In this document: positions 22,748 through 34,618 of the stretch, one piece after another
Numbering within the stretch: the first letter of the stretch is position 1
Layout of the letters: every line of letters begins with the position of its first letter
Assembly: GCA_002269645.1 (NCBI GenBank)
Contig: NIVC01000151.1
Coordinates: 248,001-312,000 of the forward strand
From: Macrostomum lignano
Lineage: Eukaryota
Direction: 5' to 3'
Length of the DNA stretch: 64,000 nucleotides
Translations under genes and position numbers: made by a program
Notes under the pieces: model-generated
What the model was told of the DNA's origin: nothing
What the model saw: only the letters and a program-made list of their open reading frames with translations
The model's database searches: none

Positions 22748-25700
22748 TTTACTCAATTCATCAACACTAACACGACGAATTATTAGTTAGCCTATTTAGT
22801 ACCATGCAAGTATTTGAATTAATCATTTTCCCTTAATTATAATAAATTACTTGATATACCTTTCCTATAAAATAATTGGCACGGGTACATATTAAATACG
22901 AGTCTATTAAAATAGTTCTATGAAGTAAAGAAATAATCTGAATAATCAATTAGTTATCATACATTTTAAACAGCAAATCAAGTGCTCAAGTGAACATAAT
23001 CCTGCAAACACCTTCATATGGCGGGGCCCATGGTAGGCTATAGGTGGGAAAAGGGAGAAGGCCTAATGTGGGTAAGAGTAGACCAGGTATTGGTCTTACA
23101 CTAACTATGTCTTTAGTCTTCTTAGACTTAGACTAGGATTATATATGATTGCTATAATGTCTCTTCTTAACTTATTGGGCTGAAATGTAATGTAAATACT
23201 AAATAGAAGATTTTTCTAACCAAACTATAACATGTTGCCATTTTATACCAATGTATTAGGGCCTAATATAATATTAATATACTCGTACTTATATACCATG
23301 TGTCTTAATGCCTTCTTATGGTATAATATGAAATGGAAATAGAAACCTTAGACTTAAATCATATGCTATTTATAAACTATATCATCAACCTCCAAATTTT
23401 GCCCAAATTTATATAAGAAACTTCAATGCAAAGTTTCCCTTCTCTTCTGTGAGAATTTTCTATAGGTTTCAGCTTGACTTGACTGTCTAATAAACTAACT
23501 AAACTAAACTAAAAGCAAATTCAATGTAATATTAAAATATTTACTATATTAAAATTATTTAATAGCATATAAAATTGCTTCCATTAGGCCCTACCTAACT
23601 AATCTAGTAAAACTGTAGAAGCCTAGTTTATTAGGACCTAATTTTATTTTTAAGCAAAAATGGATTTATTACATTTTATGATGCTATTAGTGTCCTCTAT
23701 CAGATACATTCATCAGATAAGATCTGATCATCCAATGATCAGACTCATTGGAGTCCTTATTATTAGTCTATCTAATATATGTGAGGTGGAGGTGGAGAAG
23801 TTTTTTTTGGAATGAGTTGGTTTGAAAATTTGCTGACACCAGTGAGGTAGGGTGGATTCCACGTTTGAATTGCCGCCAGTATTGAGTTTGTACAAATAAA
23901 GCTGGAAAATTGCGCATACGAATCACAACAAATTTCTTCTCCTTTATTCCGACAGCCAGGTCCTCAAGTCCAGGGGGAGGGTAGTCGCAATCATAGCAGA
24001 GCGGTCATATAGCAGCCCGGTTGTTCAGATTTGTAGACTCAATGGTCTAGACACCATAAATCTGTTTGAGTTGTTGAGCTGATTACTATCAGTAGAATAG
24101 CGCTGCCACCACCATAATTTTATATTGCGGAATGTTGAGATCTCAGAGCTCATTTGGAGATGAGATGAGTTTGGTTGTTTAATGCCCCACAGGCAAATAA
24201 CTCAAGATAAACTGTCAATGGCTTAGGTAAATGAACAACTAGTAAATTATTATTAATTATTATTGTTAATTGCGCAAGCAGTAGTTATTAGGGATGAATA
24301 TTAATTTCATGAGAATGCTAGGTGCTAGGTGCTGAATGACTATTAAGCGAAACTGTAAGACTTACTTAGTAGAGGCAAAGACTACAAACACTATACTATT
24401 AAAACAGAAACTGGATAAACACAAATATTAATGAACGAGCACAAACTGCGGAAAAAGGGGGAGTTAACCAAAGGTGGCCCAAAATGGCCTTATAAATAAG
24501 GGAAACAATGTTGTCTAAACAGGGATGGGGCAATAGATAGGGTAGGAAGGCAAAGGATGGGGCAAGGAATGGGGCAGACAATGGGGCAGTGAACGACACT
24601 AAAGCCGCAAATGGGAATTAACAAAAAAAACTGAGCAATGGCAAAAGATGGGGCGAGGGATGGGGCAAGGGACGGTGCACCAAGTGAAAAAACAGAGGGT
24701 CATGAGCAAGTGTCACCACACGGCATCATCATGTTCATTGTGCAGTGGTAGATCGCCCTACCACATATGTATAGGCCTAAGCCTTATTTCAAGAAGTATA
24801 GGCCTATATAAAATATTAGAATAATTTAGACATCTGAATATCTAAATATCTTTTTTTCTTATTTTTAAATGGTTAAGTCATGTATTGGCAATAAGCCTAG
24901 TCATACATTAATAGTCAATATATTTATCCCTCTTTCTTTTGCTTTGCTTCTAAGTTCTTATTTCCATTTTAGCTCTATTCAGTATTCTATATTATTATTG
25001 GCATCATTCCTTTTTCTTTTTTAGATATCATTCTTTCTTATCAAAATTCCTTCTTTAAATTTATCCTTCCTTAACATCATTCCCCTTATGGCCTTAGTAT
25101 TATACTTTCCCTGGCCTTAATGTCTTTCTGTTAGTATCTCCTTTGGCATTTTTTCTATTACTTCCTATTAGTCTTTTTAGCATTATTACTAAAATATCAT
25201 CCCCTCTTAGCTTCAAATTTATCTCTGTTTACATTTGTTTACTATTAACTTTTGTTTAAACATTTATTCCAATAAGGCTTCTTATTCTTAGTATTACTCC
25301 TTAGCTAGGTTTTTTAAGCATAATCATAGTCCTATTTGTCATCATAGCTCCAAATTCAAGATGCCAAATATAAAACATAATCTTAGCTAATTAGTAAAAA
25401 ACTCCAAAATTGAATAAAATGTTAATTTCTCTATCCTATGCTTTTATACTGTTAAGATTTAAAAATCCTAAGAAAATTAAAACAGCAAAAGTATTCTAAT
25501 GGAGTTGTTTTTAATTTTTGTCAAATTATTCTAGTCTAGGTATCTAGATTCTGGATTGGTCAGTCTAAATTTCTCTTAATTATTAATAATTTAAGTAAAA
25601 TTTGAATTAGAAAAAGCTATAGTGAGTATATGCCTATGTGTAATATTTCATATTTCTATATGTTTGCATATTTATTCTGCCATTCTATAATTCATATTTT

Positions 25701-26048
25701 TAGTTTGATTAGTTAGAGCCAAAGGACTATATGCACACTGGTGAATTTTAAATGACATTGTGAATTAACTAACAAGAGGCATTACTGCCCATTCCACTGA
25801 CTCCCCTTAGCAGGCACACAGGTATATGGATATATCTGCAGGGATATCAGGGGAGTTAGTCAGAGTTTTGTGTGTACTTTATCCCACATGCTATCATTAT
25901 CAAACTAAATGTAGCTGTCCAAAGTTTAAGCCGATGCAGAGATCATTATTGAGCTTGCAGTTTTCAAACCAAAGCAGGCAAAGCATGAAATATCTGTCAT
26001 TATTTTCTCATGTGTCCGTCACCTTCCTGCCAGTGACTTCAGCCAGCC

Positions 26049-27095
26049 ATGGTTGACGCCGGCGTCTCCTCTCGGCTGCGCGAAACCCGCCGCCTGGTGC
26101 TGGACGAGGCCGCCCGCCAGCGCCGCCACCGCCGCGCCCTGGAGGCCCTCGAGGCCGACAACTTCCAGGCCGATCCACACGCCGACCTGCGGGTCAGCAA
26201 GCTGGCGCCAAAGTTCTCCGACGAGGCCTCTTCCTTCGGGCCGTCACGGGATGCCTTGGGTGGGGTGGCTGCGTCTGCCGATGGTGAGCACTTTGGTCCT
26301 CGCTTGAACCTGGTCCTCCTGGCCCCACCTCACCTGGTCCTCCTGGCCCCACCTCACCTGGTCCTCCTGGCCCACCTCACCTGGTCCTCCTGGCCCACCT
26401 CACCTGGTCCTCCTGGCCCCACCTCACCTGGTCCTCCTGGCCCCACCTCACCTGGTCCTCCTGGCCCCACCTCACCTGGTCCTCCTGGCCCCACCTCACC
26501 TGGTCCTCCTGGCCCCACCTCACCTGGTCCTCCTGGCCCCACCTCACCTGGTCCTCCTGGCCCCACCTCACCTGGTCCTCCTGGCCCCACCTCACCTGGT
26601 CCTCCTGGCCCCACCTCACCTGGTCCTCCTGGCCCCACCTCACCTGGTCCTCCTGGCCCCACCTCACCTGGTCCTCCTGGCCCCACCTCCTGGTCCTCCT
26701 GGCCCCACCTCCCCTGGTGCCTCAGTGAGTAGCAGCGCAGTAAAAATCCCCAACCAAACCCAAATCCCACAGGTAAAAAGTCGCGCAAAGCCAAGGCGGC
26801 GGGCGGCTCCGGCGCAGTCGGGACACTCGGCGGCCGGTTGCGCCGCAACTTTGCCGCGCTGCTTGAGGAGGAGCTGGCCAGGCGGGCGCAGCTTCCCGGC
26901 GCCTCTGCGTCCGGCTCGGCGGCCACTCCGTACGAGCTGGCGCAGGTGGGGCCGTCCCGCCTGCCGCCCCGCCATTTCTGTGCGGTCTGCGGCCTGCTGG
27001 GTCCGCACACCTGCGTGGTCTGCGGCACCCGCTTCTGTTCCGCCTCCTGCTACAGCACCCACCAGGACACTCGCTGCTTAAAGTGGACCGGCTGA
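26049..27095 (+). CDS. ZNHIT1: Zinc finger HIT domain protein 1 (SRCAP/SWR1 subunit, Vps71/SWC6)
   Basis: Exons 26049-26283 and 26773-27095 (phase 1). LDEAARQRR..LEALEADNFQADPHADL..PKF, RRNFAALLEEE, and the HIT zinc finger FCAVCG..HTCVVCGTRFCS..CYSTHQDTRCLKWT. Confidence 0.95.
26305..26715. repeat. 24-bp minisatellite in the ZNHIT1 intron
   Basis: Unit CCTGGTCCTCCTGGCCCCACCTCA. Confidence 0.95.
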
Positions 27096-27391
27096 CTGGA
27101 ATCTTCTTATAACCTTTTAGTTCATTGGCCGCGGCCGATATGTATCTAAACTGATAGCATTTTGCTTGCCTGCATTCTGTCATATTTATAATCAATTACA
27201 TTTTAACTGTCACTTTCATGTGTTTCAGTATAAGTAGTATGTTGCGTGACTTGCCTTGCAATTAATTTAGATTTTATTAGCCTTACAATTGATTACATCA
27301 ATAAATCTACAGGTATTCTGTGTCAGCCCCAGTCGAGCCCTGTGTCAGAAGTCCCAACGCCGCCCCCTTTTGCTGCAGTCCGCAGCCCACA

Positions 27392-30300
27392 ATGTGCAGC
27401 CTGTCCCGCTGCCTGCACGAGCTCACCAGCCGGCAGCCCGTGGAGGAGTTCCACCAGCTGGTGAGCCTCAGCACTCTGCACACCCTGCTGACTAGCCAGC
27501 CCGATGGCAGCGACCTGACGGCCGGTCAGCGGCCCATCAGCGGCAAGCAGCCGGCCGTCCTCATTGACCTCGGCGACAGCCTCCGCTGGATCTGCGGGCC
27601 CCGCACCGGCTGGCTCTGCGGCTGCGACTGGCGCGGCCTGCGGCTCAACCTGGCGGCCCGCCTGCGCGACTTCCAGGCGAGCCTCTTCCTGCCCATGCCG
27701 CTGTTGCCGGGGGACGGCGGCGCCAGCCACTGCGACAAGCTCGACTGGGCCGCCGAGCAGCGGGGGAGAAAGCACCGGGTGGCCACGATTATCCGGTGCG
27801 GGCTGGGCACTGGATACCCCCTCTACCCTCATGACCTCTCTACTCTCTTGTCCCCTCCCTCTACCCTCATGACCCCTCTACTCTCTTGACCCCTCTACCC
27901 TCTTGACCCCTCTACCCTCTTGACCCCTCCCTCTACCCTTATGACCTCTCTACTCTCTTGACCCCGCCCTCTACCCTCATGACCTCTCAACTCTCTTGAC
28001 CCCTCTACCTTCTTGACCCCTCCCTCTACCCTCATGACCTCTACTCTCTTGACCCCGCCCTCTACCCTCATGACCTCTCAACTCTCTTGACCCCTCTACC
28101 CTCTTGACCCCTCTACCCTCATGACCTCTCTACTCTCTTGGCCCCTTCCTCTACCCTCATGACCTCTACCCTCTTGGGCCCTTCCTCTACCCTCTTTACC
28201 CCTCTACTCTTGTATCTTATATCTTCTTAAACACTACCCTCTTGACCTCTCTTCTCCCTTTACCCCTCTTACTCTTACCTCTCTTTGCTCCTTCCTGTTC
28301 CTCTACATGCCGAACTTTGAGTGTTCCAGCTCAGTTACCTTTACTTGCCGCTTTTCCGATCCCCCAGGTACCTGCGCGAGCTGCAGCCAGCTGCAGGTGC
28401 CCAGGCGCAGCAGACCTGGCCCCGCCCGGCTTTCTCGCTGTGGCTGCCGCCCCCGGGCCTCGTCACAGCACTGCGCTTCTGCCTGCGCCGCCTGGAGGTA
28501 CCGTGCCAGCAGTCCCTGGACAGCCGCTTGGCTGAGTGCGCCCGTATCTCTACCAACATCGGCTGCCGCGCCATCGCCAGTGACTCGCCGCTCTGCTGGC
28601 TGCTGCAGCCGCCCAACCGTTCGTTGCTGCTGCTGAACTCGCTGAGCCCAGCGGGCGGCAGGGCTTTCCACGGCTACCAGCAGCTGCAGATGCGCCAGGC
28701 GCTGCTGCCCCGCCTGTGCGGCCTGCTGGGCCTCAGCGCTGACCGCCTGCCAATGCTGGCCTGCCTGCTGACTGACCGCTTCCTGCCTGCCGACTGCCTG
28801 CAGAAACTACATCTGGAGCTGGCGCCCGAATGCAGCTCGGAGCCCCGACAGGTGGCTGATTTCGCACCGCTTTTGCTCAGTATAACTGAGTAGCATTTGA
28901 GTAGCAACTGAGTAGCAACTGAGTAGCCACTGAGTAGCCACTGAGTAGCCACTGAGTAGCAACTGAGTAGCATTTGAGGAGCCACTGAGTAGCATTTGAG
29001 GAGCCACTGAGTAGCATTTGAGTAGCAACTGAGTAGCAACTGAGTAGCAACTGAGTAGCCACTGAGTAGCCACTGAGTAGCATTTGAGTAGCAACTGAGT
29101 TGCATTTGAGTAGCAACTGAGTAGCAACTGAGTAGCCACTGAGTAGCATTTGAGTAGCAACTGAGTTGCATTTGAGTTGCAACTGAGTATCAACCCTCCA
29201 TTCCCGCAGGCCCGACTGCGCTCTGTTGCTCTGGCGGTGGCCAAAATCGTCGCTGGTTTCTCCTCTCCCGACGCTGTGGACGAGGCATTAAAGCTGCTTG
29301 AGCCGTAAGCTTTTGATCGGGGCATCGAAAATCTTAATCACACCTCCCCGATCCCATCCCAGGTGTGTCCGCCACCCCCTCCCCGATCCCAGGTGTGTTC
29401 GCCACCCCCTCCCCGATCCCAGGTGTGTCCGCCACCCCCTCCCCGATCCCAGGTGTGTTCGCCACCCCCTCCCCGATCCCAGGTGTGTCCGCCACCCCCT
29501 CCCCGATCCCAGGTGTGTCCGCCACCCCCTCCCCGATCCCAGGTGTGTTCGCCACCCCCTCCCCGATCCCAGGTGTGTTCGCCACCCCCTCCCCGATCCC
29601 AGGTGTGTCCGCCACCCCCTCCCCGATCCCAGGTGTGTCCGCCACCCCCTCCCCGATCCCAGGTGTGTCCGCCACCCCCTCCCCGATCCCAGGTGTGTCC
29701 GCCATTCGCCACCCCCTCCCCGTCCTTCACTCCGATCTCACCAGCCACGCAGCAAGCGAGGAGGAGCGCAGCGGCCTGCGCAGGCAAATCGAGGCCGGCC
29801 TGGCCTTCTACGGGCCCTGCTGCAGCCCCGCCACCGCGCAGGACCCGAAGTCGCCCCCGGCGCCCGTCGATGCCTGCATCGAAGGTCACAAGTTCGACCC
29901 CTGGCTGGTGAGCCGGGCCAAGGAGCTGCACCTGTCCGGCCGGCTGCACCCCTGGGTGGCGCAGGTGCTGCACTACCGGGAGGTCCGCATCGAGCTCGGC
30001 TTCGAGGACCCGCCGCAGCCGGAAGCGGCTGAACTTGACGACCGGCTGGAGTTGACGGTGGACCTGTTCGCCGACATCCGAGCCAGGGCCTACCTGCTGC
30101 TGTACGACATCCGCCGCGCTGAGGAAGACATTAACTGTTCTGCTGCGGCTGTGCGGGTATGTAGGCGTGTGGACATGCCTGTGACAGTGTGACGGATATT
30201 CACATGTATGTCTGTGACAGTGACAGTGTGACATTCACAGGTATGCCTCTGACAGTGTGACGGATATTCACATGTATGTCTGTGACAGTGTGACAGTGTG

Positions 30301-32094
30301 ACATTCACAGTTATGCCTCTGACAGTGTGACGGATATTCACATGTATGTCTGTGACAGTGACAGTGTGACATTCACAGTTATGCCTCTGACAGTGTGACG
30401 GATATTCACATGTATGTCTGTGACAGTGACAGTGTGACATTCACAGGTATGCCTCTGACAGTGTGACGGATATTCATATGTATGTCTGTGACAGTGACAG
30501 TGTGACATTCACAGGTATGCCTCTGACAGTGTGACGGATATTCACATGTATGTCTGTGACAGTGGCAGTGTGACATTCACAGGTATGCCTCTGACAGTGT
30601 GACGGATATTCACATGTATGTCTGTGACAGTGTGACAGTGTGACATTCACAGGTATGCCTCTGACAGTGACAGATATACTGTACCTCCTGCAGTTTTGAA
30701 AAATCAAGTTCTCATTTTGTCCCGCAACCCCCGCTCTCAGCCTCCTTCTCTGGCCCGCTTTCCAGGAAACGGTGTGCCGGCAGGAGCGCGGTCTGACCAC
30801 CAGCACCGTCTTGATGACAACCGCGAGGTTCGAAAAGGGCCTGAAGCAGCTGGAGCTGCCCCTCTGCGCCGAGCTCTGGGGCAGAGTCGGCCAGGCCGGA
30901 GACGGGGTTCGAACCACCGCCTTTCTGGCCTGCATGCACGGCTGGCGACTGGCCGATCCGCTGTGCGCCCAGCCGCTGCTGGACCCGGCTGCGGTGCCGC
31001 CCGGCCTCTTCCTGCCGCTCAGCGTGCTCCGCTGCCTGCTGCTGCCGCCGCCCTGCAAGCCGCTTCTGCAGCCTTTCGAGCTGCACGCCCTGCTCGCCAC
31101 GCTGCTGCTGGGCTGCGATGCCGACGCTCCAGAGGCTCCCGGCTTAGACGCCAACGCTGTGGCCGCCGCGGTCATCGCCGACGCCTCCGAGCCGCCGCCG
31201 ACGCTGCGCGGCCTGCAGCTGGCGAGCCTCTTTGCCGCCGGCCTCGACACCGCCGTCTTCGTCAGCGACGCCTGCGGCCGCGTCAGCCCGGAGGTCGTGA
31301 ACTCCGTTGCTGCCGGCTTCCTCGCCTTCGACGGCCGACGGTTCCAGCGGCTGCTCCGCCTGGCTGACCACGGCCGAGCGCCGCCGCTGCTGCTCTGCGA
31401 GGGCTCCCCGGAGCGGCTGGACGCCTTCGAATCGGCGCTGGCAGCGCTCTTCCGCTCCCTCAGCCCGGTGGGCGGGCCCTGCTTTCAGAAGCCGCGGCTC
31501 TGCCAGCCAGCGAAGCCGGGTTCGGCGCAGCGGCCGCAGCCGGAGATGCAGCGCCTTTCTGGCCCCGAAGGTCGCGGCGGAGGGCGCGGCCGCGGTCTGA
31601 GGCCCCTTGAGATGTCCCTGCCAGCGCCGCAGCCGCCGCCCGCTGTCCGCTGCTACCCTGCCGGGCAGCTGCGCGTTGCCGGCCATCCCGTCTCCAGCTG
31701 GGATGCCTCGCGGCTCTCCTGCCCGCCTCCGCCGACCTCGGCGGCAGCGACGGCAGCGGTGATCTCGGCGAAGAAGCCAACCACCCAGCTGATTCCTAGC
31801 GGCGCGGAGGGCAACATGAACAGTTATGGCGGCGCCGGCTTCCACTCGGGGCCCCGCAAGCAGAGGAACAAGTCCGCCTTCAGGCCGCTGCGCCTCTCCG
31901 ATGTCGGGCCGCCGAGGAAGTCGCAGCAGCAGCAGCAAAGGCAGCAAAATCCGCCGGCTGGGCCTCAAACTGCGCCGCTGCAGGACGAGCGGCTCCTGCG
32001 ACTGCAGCAGCTGCTGCCGGGCCCGCCCGGGTCGCCAGAGGATGTTGAGGAGAAATTCATTAAGGCCATCGGCCGGGGTCTCGTGATTGGCTAG
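27392..32094 (+). CDS. FAM120A: FAM120-family (FAM120A/C-like) PIN-like protein, divergent, 5 coding exons
   Basis: Exons 27392-27795, 28368-28851, 29210-29304, 29745-30156 and 30766-32094; phases 2, 0, 2, 0 all match. Motifs VLID..WLCGCDW, WLPPPGL..LRFCLRRLEV..QSLD, LGLSADRLPMLACLL..FLP, GRLHPWVAQVL..EV.IELGFED, and ELWG..RTTAFLACMH parallel FAM120 as recalled. Confidence 0.7.
27815..28300. repeat. Pyrimidine-rich variable minisatellite in FAM120 intron 1
   Basis: CCCTCTACCCTCATGACCTCT / CTCTTGACCC units. Confidence 0.85.
28885..29190. repeat. 11-bp minisatellite in FAM120 intron 2
   Basis: GAGTAGCAACT / GAGTAGCATTT / GAGTAGCCACT. Confidence 0.95.
29340..29722. repeat. 30-bp minisatellite in FAM120 intron 3
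   Basis: Unit CCACCCCCTCCCCGATCCCAGGTGTGTCCG. Confidence 0.95.
30175..30672. repeat. 68-bp minisatellite in FAM120 intron 4
   Basis: Unit TGACAGTGTGACGGATATTCACATGTATGTCTGTGACAGTGACAGTGTGACATTCACAGGTATGCCTC. Confidence 0.95.
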
Positions 32095-34618
32095 AGAACG
32101 GAACTGCGATTTCAAACTGTTGGATTCTTGTATATCTTCTGGCATCCATGCTTATATTAAGGTACAGCAATGGCAGTTGGTGAATGGAAGCCGTTCTGCT
32201 TCCCAATCGGAATCATGGCAAATATGCTTGAAAGAGCTTTTCGGTAGCAATTGTTTATTTAGTTTCTATGTTAATTGCCACTATTTAACCAGAACTTTCT
32301 GCTTGTTATCTAGTGAGCATTTTGCGTCTCGAAATTGTCGTCTTCAACTGTTGGCGGAAGAGCATTGACGCTCGTTGCTGTCTGTATCGGCGCTGCTCTT
32401 CGTTTAGCATTCGCTCGCGTGTGTCATTGCCGGCGAATTATGTCATTCTTTTTGTACTTTTATTGATTTTGCATGCCTGTCTTTAGCTTGCTCATTCTCG
32501 GTGTTGTCTGTGCTTTGCCTTGAAGGTTTGTTTAAAGCAGAAATAAAGTTTTGTGCTTAGTTAGCTTTTTTCTAGCATTAATAGTTGCAATTCACTTCTT
32601 GCTTGAGTTTTGTCTTCTGTTGTAATTCAAAATTGAGTCTGTTCGGTTGAAAAGAGGCGAAGAAACTGGTGGCATTGCGATTCGCAGGAGCAATCCCTGT
32701 ACAAGAGCTCCGGATTGAGGAGAGCTCTCATTTGCATCAATAAACGTTCATGCAGTCATGGAATACCGTGTATAAACTGCATCCTTAAGCCGGTTTGCAG
32801 CCAGTAAAATTGAGTGCACGATCGGATAGCTAAATTTCCGGCTTTTTAAAATTCGCTACTACTATGAACTGGGAAATTCTCATTTATTGTACATACTAGG
32901 CACAATGCATCTACTTTAAAGTCGCGTAGACACTTCTAAATTTGACTATCCATAGGGAAAATAGAATAGTATATGCAATTTATCCTCATTGAAATGAATT
33001 TGGTCGAATTTTTAGCTGCTAAAAATCCATATTCATGAGTGCAGTGGCATAAATTTTATTTCTTGCGAAATCCAGCCCCTGTAACACCTTTTTACTTGAT
33101 ATACTTCAAATGCATTCATGAAAATCTTAGCATCTCTTGACCTGATAAGAAATGCAGTAACGGCAACGTAATAATTGTGGTTTCACGGATTAACTTTGAT
33201 TATTATCTCCCTAAAGTAAAACAAAAAAATATTTCTTAACTTTGTTTTCATTAAAATATTTTTTCACTGACAAATTTTCGTACTGGGTGGTTTGCTGTTA
33301 TAAAAAGCACTCAAAATGAGAAGATTGTGAATAGCCAGAAGTATGTGTATCCTGACTAATTTAACACGTGAGAACTGAGAAATTATTGTTTAATTTTTTT
33401 AACCAGACCCGAAATCGTTCGACGCATCCCTCCTATAGCCTAGGCCTAAGTTATTTGCTCACGCGTCACGCCTCACGTTTTAATAAAATATCTAATTGGC
33501 GTGTTTCCTTACCGGCAACGATAGTTAAGTTATAAACATTTATACATTCTGTCTTGAACTGCTAAAAAATTAAAGTTTCAGTGAACGGCAGTTTTCTGTT
33601 CGACCTAGGTTGGAGTTGGACAATTTATATTTAAATGACTATCTTATAGCCTATTTATTATTCTTAGATTGAGGGTTATGTAACCATTATTTCTAACTGT
33701 TTGCCATTTTATTATTGTATTTGGTTGGATTATTAACTGCTTATCAAGCCTAACTATGAGCTATAAAAGATGAATTATTGTCATTTAAAATATATTAGAT
33801 TATTCATTCTTACCATAGTTTTATATGAAACAGTATTGTATTTAAGAAGTAAAAACAAAGTGGGAATGACAGCAAATTGCATGAAGTCTTTTTTGCTTCA
33901 GAACTGCATATAAGAAATGCCAAATCTAAAGATATATGGCATAACAATATTTGTTAATTATTTATTATTTATTAATCTATTAGGCCTAATTGTTTTACCA
34001 ATACAAGTTTATTGTATAAAACCTATCAAAAGTATTATATTCATAAACCAAAATTCAAAAAGCATTAGTCTAGCAGAGAGGCCAGCCAAAAAGCAGTATT
34101 ATAGCCTTGAAAGTAAGTATAAACTTAAACAAAAATTTATATTATAAAGGACTGCCATTAGGCGTAATCAATGAAGGAAGCCTGCAATAGAAACTTGTTA
34201 CTTTGTAATTATTTAGCATCTAGGTCCATACAAAATGGCCAAACCCCAAACCCTTGTCAACCTAAAAAAATTTGGCTTGTCTTCATTAGTTTTTAAGTAT
34301 TCTACAATATATTATTGCCCTTGAGGCTATTTAGTATGTTCAATAAGTGTTTGGAATGCTTTACTGCTCAGTTCTTAATGACTGTAAGTTGTTAACATAT
34401 TTATGTAAAAATGTCACAGTGCATTCATTCATATTGACTGAGTAGCATATAGTTTCATTTTTGGTGGAAAATTGATTAATTTTTGTTTTAGTTATTATAA
34501 AAATTCAATTGGTTCAGTTGGAACTCGTAATTCTGGCTCACCAATTTAAATTACCCGCGATTTTCATGCTCCTGTGCTGCCCTGCAGTGCTCTCAGTCCT
34601 GGCAGATCTCACACGCGA

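Noticed and set aside
26284-26772. Collagen-like GPP/PGP repeat in ORF 26049..26732
   Set aside because: The 8-residue period breaks the Gly-X-Y register, and the region is the ZNHIT1 intron.
29298-30234. Pro-rich extensin-like ORFs
   Set aside because: 30-bp array in FAM120 intron 3; the true exon starts at 29745.
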